DNA of 64,000 nucleotides. It comes from Oikopleura dioica. Taxonomy: Eukaryota > Animalia > Chordata. The notes below the pieces were generated by a model. It saw only the letters and a list, made by a program, of their open reading frames with translations. It had not been told where the DNA came from and ran no database searches. The stretch is from positions 7,750,001-7,814,000 of the forward strand of contig OU015569.1 in NCBI GenBank assembly GCA_907165135.1, read 5' to 3'. This document shows positions 54,963-64,000 of the stretch, piece by piece. Within the stretch, counting starts at the first letter, position 1. Every line of letters begins with the position of its first letter. Made by a program: the position numbers and the translations under genes.

Positions 54963-56577
54963 ATGTCATCCCGCAATTACGAACGACGCTCGCAAAAGAT
55001 GCCTTATCGGCGTGTGTTACAACTCTGCTTGAATTTTTTAATAATGTTATTTGGGCGTCAATAACCCTCAAGATCTATTCGTAACGCGCGGCAGTGTCGA
55101 GCATGCTCTGGAGCTTGAGGATGCTCCTGTCGAAATTCAGAAGAAATTCGGATGGAGCCAGTGGGACAAATCAATCAACATCTACATAAAAGTAACAAGA
55201 CTGTAATCGCAAATAATTAGCAGGAATTTAAGTCGGACGCGTTGACGATTCACCGACGGCCGATTTCGCAGTCGACAGACTGTGCGCGCGGCAAGTATGG
55301 ATATAGAGAAGGCCTTCACATTTGGGAGATTGTTTGGACGAGTAACCAACGCGGAACTCATGCTGTGGTCGGTGTCGCTACTGAAAAAGCCCCGACTCGA
55401 AAGGTAAAACGTTTTATTTTCCTATCGTTTTTGATAAAATTAGCCCAAAGAGTTAGAAGATTTCACGAGGTACACCTTACGAAAATAACGTTATTTTCAA
55501 ATGGCCTTCTAACAAAACTTGATTCAGAAAAAATACTTTCGTTTTGTAATAAAAAATATTTCAAGATCGGATATTGCGCGCTTGTTGGAAGTTGTAACCA
55601 AACATGGGGGTGGGACTTGGGGAGAAACGCACTCCGTCATGATGGTGAGGTTGTTGCTCCTGCTTGCCTTGCAAGGTTGGCTCTTTCTTTTTTTATCATA
55701 AAATAACGGTTATTTTACAGTTCAAATAACAACGACGGCGAGAACCATAATAAGCTTTCTTATCCTCCGCTGGACGACTACGATACGAATTTCATTGTGC
55801 CTACGAAATTCTTATGTGTACTTGATATGGACGCTGGAACACTGGGATTCATCGCGGATGGACAATGGCTGGGAACAGCGTTTACAGGTCTCAACAAAGT
55901 CCGGGACGAAGACGGAGAACAATCGCGTCTCTACCCGATTGTAAGCTGCGTTTGGGTTTGGGTCCTTGATTTATATCCACAATAACAGTCATAAAGTTTG
56001 GGTGTTCTCTGTATATAATATAAAGTATATTAGGGTTTAGGCTAGACAAAAAGTTAAATTTCCTTCTGCTTCAAGTCAGATCATGTCAAGTATCCTCATT
56101 CGGGGTCACTGTGAGGTAACGATGCGATATGTCAATGGACTCCAATCAAACCCGCTTTCGCTAAAGGTAAAATTCCTTTTATTTATTAGGCATTTTGCTA
56201 TAATATACTTGTTTAAATTAAATACGAGCACACATGCTAGGAATTTGCGCGACGATCAGTGCGCGAGTCGTTACCACAGATGCGCGGAAGAGGCAAGCAG
56301 GAGAATATTCATCTCCCTCCCAAGCTGGCCAACTACTGTAAAGACTACGGGCTTGGTTTCGACGTTCGCAACAAAGCTAGCTATCGATATAAGTTTGATC
56401 TTGCGGAAGAACCAGGTAAACAGTTAACACAAATTTATCAGAAACCAATCTTTAGAAACCATTTCTTACATAGAAGATTCATCGGAGTTTTCCCTCGAAC
56501 TCTCCAATCGAATCGAAATGAACTCGGCCTCAATCATGCGTAGGAGCTCGATTAGATTCGTCGACTCAAATTTTTAG
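54963..56577 (+). CDS. SPSB: SPRY domain SOCS-box protein (SPSB1/4, gustavus-like)
   Basis: HRRPISQSTDCARGKYGY..GLHIW..W...QRGTHAVVGVAT; WGWDLGRN; LDMDAGTL; LYPIVSCVW/GHCEV; SOCS box PLSLK..ARRSVR...LPPKLANY. Confidence 0.95.
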
Positions 56578-56792
56578 TTAACCTCAATCTTAATTTTATC
56601 AACCGAATTTTATCAGTGGATCTAATCAATCTCCTACGAATCAATATCTAGCTGAAGAAGACGTCCCTGTATCTTCTGATTTCTTGTAACCTGCAAGAAT
56701 ATTTTAATAATGAAACACTACCACAAATTTGTAGAAATGATTTGTATTGTACAGTGTAAAATTATCAAAGTTGTCTGATTCGTGTCTCGACT

Positions 56793-59700
56793 CTAGAGCA
56801 AACAGATGGGATCAATGTCGGACCACTCGCATATCTGGTTCTATAATAAAGGTTAATATCACATAAATTATCAGTAAATAGATTCTTTTTTTATGTTATT
56901 TTCATCACGGAATCGAAAAGCTCACTCCAGTTCCATATAAGGCGCCATGATTACGAATTCTCCTTGAAATGTTAATTACTCCCGCTTTGGTTGAATTATA
57001 TTGAAACATTATTTCCTGTTTTGGCAAGGATTCAAAATAACAATAAAAAAATCAGACTGAGTAGATCCTTATTTAGAGTCGAAATTTCAGACATTACCTG
57101 ACAAGAACAAGTTATTCTTTTCATTCTTCCGCTACATCTTCCCTTGCAAAGTGAGTTGTGGACGAAGTTATTTCCATCCATTTTTGAGCACTTGAAATGT
57201 TGGATCTCTTCTGGAAGCGCAGCACATGTTTCGCTCGACGTCACAGTAGTTATGGCTAAATTTGGGGTTGTCGTTGTAATGCCAACATTTGACGTGTCGT
57301 TGGTAGAAGATAAATTCTCGCATTTTTGCAGACTTGTCTTTCCCTTCCATGAACATTTTCCCTAAATTGGAAATTCGAGTGACAATCAATGCAGGTTTGA
57401 CAATTTAGGTATAACTTATAAGTTATAACTATCGTAACATGAAGTTTCCAGGAGCTTACATTTTTACATTTACACTCAGCAGTGTATTTTCTAAATTTTC
57501 CTCTTGACTCGCAGTCGAAAGAACACTTCTGCTTGTTCAGATTTGATTCCATTGAACAAGACCAGTGGTCCTGCTCTTCTAGAGCAGCGCACGAAGCAGG
57601 AGCAGTCACTGTTTGAGTGGTTGACGTTGTGGTCGGGATTGTGTTCGGGCCGGTTGTAGTTGTGCCAGATATTAGGGACTCGCACTCTGAGGGGAAAATA
57701 ATACTTCCACCGCCGTCAAGTTTGCCGGACCAGTTCCATTTACAAGAACCCTGAAGAATGTTGGGTAAAGATTGATGCTGAAAAATACCTTTCGACACTG
57801 GCATGAAGCTCGATATTTTTTTGAAGGGCAGGTGATCTTGCAAGTCTGCCTGTCGATGTTCGCGTCTTTTTTGCAGTCCCAAAGGCCGTCTTGATTTTCG
57901 TAAGGCAGTGGAGGACAAACTTCTCGTTGAGGAGTAGTTGTGGTTTGAACGGTTGTCGAAACATTTGGATCAGCAGTTGTAAATGCACATTCCGGAAAGT
58001 CCTTTTCTTTTTGCCAGCCGCAAGTTTTGCCTTTTTTGCAAACGCATTTTGTTTTGAATTTAGCGCAACTTGACTCACAAACTGTATTCTTGGTAAAAGC
58101 AAAGCCGTCTTTATCTTCCCCTCGACACTGCCAGTTTTCAGGATAATATGGCAATGGTGGACAGAACTCAAACGAGGGCTCAAACTCTGTCGTACTTGTT
58201 GAGCTGGCTGATGTTGTGGTTGTGGTCGTCGTAGTTGTAGTGGTACTCTTCGCTGTGGTTGTAGTCGTGGTTGTAGATGTAGTTGTCGTCGTTGTTGTAG
58301 TCGATGTTGTTGTAGTTGTAGTTGTCGTCGTAGACGTTGTCGAAGAGGGAGATGGTTTATCAGTATTTGCCGCCCAGGTTGTTGTTGTCCAAGCTTCAGT
58401 GACAGTTGTAGTACCATCTTCGATAACATCCCAGACTGGTTTAGTCGGCTCAGGTGCTGGCGCTTTTGTCGCCAGGACGAGTATGCTCACAGACTTTCCA
58501 TGTTTCATAGGAAAATTAGAAAAGCTGCCTCTAAATCGAGATGACGCAACATTTCTGGAGGATTCCTGTGCCGGGGTGAAGCCAGAGCTCGACACAGCTG
58601 CGACGCGCTTGACTGCGGTATCGGACTTCTGCCAGGATCCACCGTTGCTTGTCTCGAACTGTGATCTGGATTCTGGTTCTTATACGTTCACTATTTAGAT
58701 ATTAACTCTTTCAACTAATCAAATATTTCAAGCCGCTTATAAAGCTAGGACTCGTTATCAATAACTAGCGCTAGGATATATTCACAGGAGGGTATTTGAT
58801 TTGTTTAAGACCTTTCGTCAAAGAAATAAAAACCAATTCCTTGCAAATTTCTTTGCTTTCGCTTCTAATTCTGCATTTCTTTCTTCTAGCGATTGCAAAT
58901 AGAATTTAACGTCAAAATCTTCTTCATCCTTAGGTATCCACGACTCCGTGGAGATCCCGACATCGCCCAGCATTCCTTTCCCAATGCTGCCAATTCGCGC
59001 AAGCTCTGATTTTTCTTCTATGAAACCGTGGTATCGCTCTTTCCGAATGTCATTCTGCTTTCGGTGTGTTCGAAAGTTGTCCAGCATCTGTCTGTATTTT
59101 GCAGTTGCTTCTGTCAAAACATCACGAATCGGTGCTGCGAATTCTATCCGGAAAGCTGAGTTCATTTGGCGCAGCTCTCCATCATCGAGAAATTCCGATG
59201 AGCTGAGACAGGGGCGCTCCATTGGCTCGGAGCTGGCTTTAAGTGCTGTCAGATCGCCGAAGGTTACCGAAGGGCAGCGATTTGATATGTATTCAGTCAA
59301 TGATTCTAACCGTCGAACTAATTGACAAGCTTCCTGAATAATATTATCATTTAATGTGCACGTCGCATAATGTAAGGCAATGCCTTTTCCTTGATCCCTT
59401 GTAATCTATCCGTACGCAATTTTACGGTGCCAACCACTTTCTAAAGTGAAACGATTGAAAGATTTTAGTGGGAAAGTACGGTTTAGTAAATAAAATGACA
59501 GTTTCTCAACAGTGACGTAAGAGGAAAGTCTACCAGGAGAGTCTGAATAAAAATCGACTGGCGGCTGTTACACTGGTAGAGTCTAACACTGAAAGATTGC
59601 CGTCATCAAGAATAAATATTTTTCTGTCAGGGATCTGAGGCTTTGAAATCTCATCCTCATATAAAACAAGTTATCTCAAGCTCACCTCATTCTTTGGAAA

Positions 59701-60186
59701 CTGGACGTAAGAACATGGAAACAGTTTCAAGTCACAATCCAGATTGCGCCCTTTTTCGAGTTCAAGACTAATCGACGATTAGTAATCGTCTAATAGATAG
59801 CTAACAAGTAAAAGTATGATTCAAAAGTTATTCTTTCGAAGATCCATATTTTGAGACTCTTTCCTTCATTGATTCTTGAGATATCTTCAAGAATCTCATC
59901 AAATATTTTTTGTCCATTTTCTCTATCTCTTGCATTATATGATCTCGCAGTGAAAAAAACAGAACCTCGTTCAGCCAACGATCTGAATTTGCAGAGATCC
60001 TCCGATTCTTCTGCTTCTTCAATTTCATAGTTAAAATATTCGTAGTCTGTGGCTTCTTCATATTCAAGCATATACTCTTGCAGACCGCCAAACTCAGCAT
60101 TCAGTACACCCAGACCAAAAGCAGCAACTAAGATAAATTAGTTCGGAAATCATTGAATTGTCGTCGAATTTACCTGCAAGCCTCAT
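56793..60186 (-). CDS. Large secreted protein with Thr-rich mucin-like spacer and four 8-Cys modules; possibly two genes
   Basis: Signal peptide MRLAVAAFGLGVLNA, acidic and coiled-coil N-terminal part, poly-Thr tract, four C-x(10-13)-C-x(10-15)-C-x3-C-x(6-12)-C-x-C-x(4-5)-C-x-W...C repeats, stop at 56793. Link across 58700-58820 is unresolved. Confidence 0.65.
58210..58340 (-). repeat. Degenerate ACN trinucleotide repeat encoding poly-Thr
   Basis: gttgtcgtc/gttgtagtt runs on the + strand; reads TTTTTT on the minus strand. Confidence 0.9.
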
Positions 60187-61235
60187 TTTCGGTCAATCAA
60201 CTCAGAAGTTATCAAATATATAAAAATCTCTACAAAAGTACAAATAAAAGATAAGCGGGGTAGTTATGAAAATAACCGGGAATAAATGCTGCGATTTTTT
60301 ATGAATTTTCAGAGGGCGCCGGAGACTTACTATAGGTGGCGCCTATGAAATATTTGATAAGGCTAGCGATTCCTTCCTTATCATTAAAATAAAATCCTTT
60401 CCTCAACACCGATATGGTCTAATATTCCGAAGTATGCCACGAACACACACACCATAGTCTGACTAAGTAGTTCCGTTGATATATATTTTATGACAATCAT
60501 CTTTTTATAAAAAAGCTATTTATGGAAAAATCAATCTCTCCAAGAGATTCTCTCGTATCAGCAGGATATGCTCTTGAAACTTCAATTCGGACAACGTCCA
60601 CTTTGTTAGGAACAGAGCTTTTTGGAAGCTGAAAGATCAAATTTGACAATATGCTGTAAATAATAAATGCACCTTTTGCGCAAAATAGTTGAGATAGATC
60701 GTCCTTGAGTGCAAAGTTTCTAAGTATGATTATCGCTCTCCATGCTCTTCTAACTCCTCAACAGGCGTGATATCCAGAGAGACCAAAAACTAAAATACCC
60801 TTTTTCGCAGGGTCTATTAACAAAAAACAGGAAAGAGAAAAGGTACGTTTCTCCATAAAAGCAAACGTTTGCATTTAATAAAAACATGAATTATGTTAGT
60901 GCGGCAAGCATATGTGGCCTATGATTTGTGCGTAATATACACGCCGAAATAAAATTATAGGATCGTCGCAAATTTCGATAGCGTTTAATATAGATCTCTA
61001 TGAATGAAAATTATATTTTCGTGTTAATCAAGTAACACACGAGATATTTATAGAATCGTCATTTTGGATAGATTTCAATTATACCTATAATTTAGATAAA
61101 AATCTGTTAGACCTGAAAATACTTAAGAGATAACCTTGCAACTCACTGGTTGAAGCGCACGTTGTAGGGTCTTAACTCCAATAAAATCTTGATATAGAAT
61201 TTCTTCAAAACGAGGTACAAACGCTCTTTTTAGAG

Positions 61236-61857
61236 ATGGATGAGGAGGATCTGGCTAAGATCGCCTCCCTTTCGGAGGCACAAAAAACCGAGTTCCGTGC
61301 TGCCTTCGATATCTTCGTCGATGATCCAGAAGAGGATGCTATCTCTGCTAACAACTTGAACCGACTTTTCGCCATGTTGGGCCAAACACCTACCCCAGAA
61401 GAGCTCAAAGAAATGGTTGAAGAAATCGATGTCGACGGGTAATGATTTTTGCTAATTTGAATGATAACAAGGAGACTTATGACTGGGTTTTGCTGACCAC
61501 ACTTTTAGCTCTGGATCTATTGATTTCGACGAATTTTGCCTTATGATGGTCAAGCAATTGGAAGCGGAGCAGGAAGAAAAGATTCCAGAGCGACCAGAGA
61601 AAGAACTCGCTGACGCTTTTAAAATTATTGACTCCAAACTTGATTCTAAGATTGACTGGGACGAACTCAAGGCTGCTCTTACTGCTACTGGTGAACAGTT
61701 TGAGGTAAAAACTAGTCCATTATTGACCAAGATCTATTTTTTTTTTCAGGACTGGGAAGTTGACGAGATCATGCGAGACGGAGACAAAAACACTGACTGG
61801 ACTTTGGACTACGATGAATTCATCAATATGATGAAATCAGTTCCCCAATCTGTCTGA
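61236..61857 (+). CDS. TNNC1: Troponin C, slow/cardiac type
   Basis: [53 protein letters not shown]; four EF-hand positions, with site I non-canonical as in TNNC1. Confidence 0.9.
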
Positions 61858-62794
61858 GAAACTTCATGTGCCATTCTTTTCTAAACCTGAAACAAATAAC
61901 TCGCCCCATCACACTATCTTTCCCAAATTCTGTTCCGCGGCTTTTTAACTCGTCTCGTTTATTAAATTATCTGCAGATTCTTTAGTATAATAAATTTGAA
62001 TTTTTTGTATTTTTGTTTATTTCGAGAATGGTGCTGTAAGTCACACTAAAATTGAGTGACTCATCAAACTTGTAGGTGGTTTTTTCCATAAAGGTAGGAT
62101 AGTTATATAACTATAATATTCTCATCATCGAGGCTAGTGAGATCGATTATTTCGCGTTGCTGACGCCTCTCGACAACCTGGAAAAATTTTAAAAATACTT
62201 CAAATATGAAGACTTACCTGACCTTCTTTCCAGGCCTTAGTTTTTACGGGTACCCGGCGCTGTAATTGTATCTTCGGTGGTTTAGATACCCTTATCTTTT
62301 TGGTAATCTCTTGCATTGTACTTCTAAAAACGTTAACCTTTAACTTTTGAATGATCCAACTTGAATCTAGATATAAATTGAAAAGGTAAGGCTCAACAGT
62401 GTGTTCAAGTCTCTTAAAATGTGAAAAAATATTTGTCGTTATCTAAAGTCTGGCTGCGGACGCTTTCGCGTCTTTTGTAAATAAAATAACTTTGCTTTCT
62501 CACATAATAAAATTTTAAAAACAATGTTCAGCCAGCATCGTTAAATATTCCCTTGATGTTAAATCGGGAGGGCGCCCATTTTCCCTTCTTATTTCCCTTT
62601 TCTTACTCATAATCCATGATTCATTACTCATTGAGTAATACTCAATGCATAATTTTATGAAGTTTTACCTGTTGCCTCAGGCAAGGTAGTCATTTTATTG
62701 ATAAGAATGAGAGTTACAGAATCGGAAAAAAATTTCCTAGATTTTTCTTGTCGAAAATACGATTGGAATTTACAAGGTAAAGAATAAGTGAAAA

Positions 62795-64000
62795 TTAACA
62801 GACAATTCGGCCTCTAATTGGAGACCAGGAGAATCGACCTTTGCAGACGAACAGTGATCTTTGAGATGAAGATCCATCGGGCCAAATGTGTGTTGGTGCT
62901 TTACCATTTTTCTTGCAGGAAACGAGACATTTATTCCCCGTGCAGTTCACAACAATTTCTTCTCTTCTCACTTGAAACAATTATTAGATTTCAAAAGCTT
63001 AGAATTATTCGAACCTCCGTATTTCTCATAAATAGAGTTGAAGCAAGTTGTAGTATCCTGGACTTTAGTTGAAGCATAATCTTCAAAACCGCCTACAAGA
63101 CCAAGTCCTCTCTGAGAGCCACCTGTGCATGAAGCTTTAACTTTCTTCGGTGCGAATCCTTTTTTGCCGCACTTGATCACCATTTTATTATTTTTAGGGA
63201 GCTTTGCAGGGGTCGCTTTCATAGTTGCACCTGCATTCAAGCAAGATAAAATACATTGTGTTTTGTCACAATGAGCATCAAGACTGTTTCTATCCAGAGT
63301 ATATCGTGACAATTGGAAGATATCGCCGCATTGTGCATGTACGTGTTTTGGTAATGGTGGTGGTGGAACTGAATTTGTGACTGAAATCTACTCTGTTGAA
63401 CCATTTTATACCTTTGCAAGATATCTTTGCTGTTCGGGGGAAGAAAGAAAATTTTCCTTTCTTAGCAGCTCTACATTGAACTTCATCAATTGATGGAGCG
63501 AGGGTCTCATCATCACATTGTACTTTGCAAACTTGATTTTTCCCTACTTGGCGACAATCTCCAATCGAACCAGAGCTACCCGATTGGAAGCTGATCGATG
63601 GTGCGAATTGTCCACACTTAGTTGGTGGAGGAGCTAAAGGTTATGATAACAAACATAAAAAATTCTAACTGTCATACCCAGGCATTTGATTCCTCCAGGT
63701 GCTGATGCAGGAATGAACTTCGTGATTCGTTTGATTGTTTTACATAGAATAGTGGGTACAGACGCAGCGAGCAATGGATCAGTGCATTTTGCTGTGCATG
63801 TTTCAAATTTTCCAGTTTTAGCACATGAAATAGATCCCTCATGTCCAGGAGCAAAGTTAAATTTCGGAGCGAGGTTTCCACATAGAGTATCCTTTTTCTC
63901 GACGCATTTGATTACACCTTTTGCTGGCATGATCTTTCTCTTTTTCCCCTTCACTTGACATTTGATAATCTCAGGACCGATGAGCATTTCATTAGAATCA
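62795..64000 (-). CDS. Lys/Cys-rich protein of tandem 6-Cys sushi-like modules; partial, continues beyond the window
   Basis: Repeated CG-x(~17)-C-x(4-8)-C-x3-C...C...P...C units, roughly one per exon (e.g. LCGNLAPKF...ISC...TCTAKC; KCGQFAP...DC...VCKVQC). Confidence 0.65.

Noticed and set aside
56930-56970. Apparent in-frame TAA at a conserved Cys position (ENS*SW), suggesting readthrough or a pseudogene
   Set aside because: A better exon downstream (NQICEWSDIDPICLL*) completes repeat 4, so this segment is intronic.
57740-58698. Poly-Val (+) and Gln/Leu-rich (-) ORFs
   Set aside because: Antisense and alternative-frame readings of the poly-Thr trinucleotide tract.
60310-60352. Small GGCGCC hairpin upstream of the secreted gene
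   Set aside because: Arms are too short and there is no TSD.

Overview
Gene-dense, AT-rich eukaryotic DNA. Most introns are very short (about 35-50 nt), GC-donor introns are common, and genes form tight co-oriented operon-like runs. The gene content is chordate-type (Dmbx, troponin C, SPSB, Kv1-like channel) with secreted Cys-rich proteins. The most likely source is the larvacean tunicate Oikopleura dioica (inference, not checked by search). About 30 genes can be traced; spans are first-to-last exon from manual splicing, so some ends are approximate. There are at least five non-autonomous inverted-repeat elements and one tRNA-derived Pol III-type element. The main finding is two unrelated hAT-type MITEs (CAGGG termini, 8-bp TSDs) that each sit inside a coding exon, one in LYSMD1/2 and one in an unknown gene. 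Both can be removed in frame by the same rule: a CAG|GG donor at TIR position 3/4 plus a CAG| acceptor supplied by the TSD, adding two codons. They are candidate introner-like elements using non-canonical GG-AG splicing. No CRISPR array, rRNA, intact tRNA or transposase ORF was seen.
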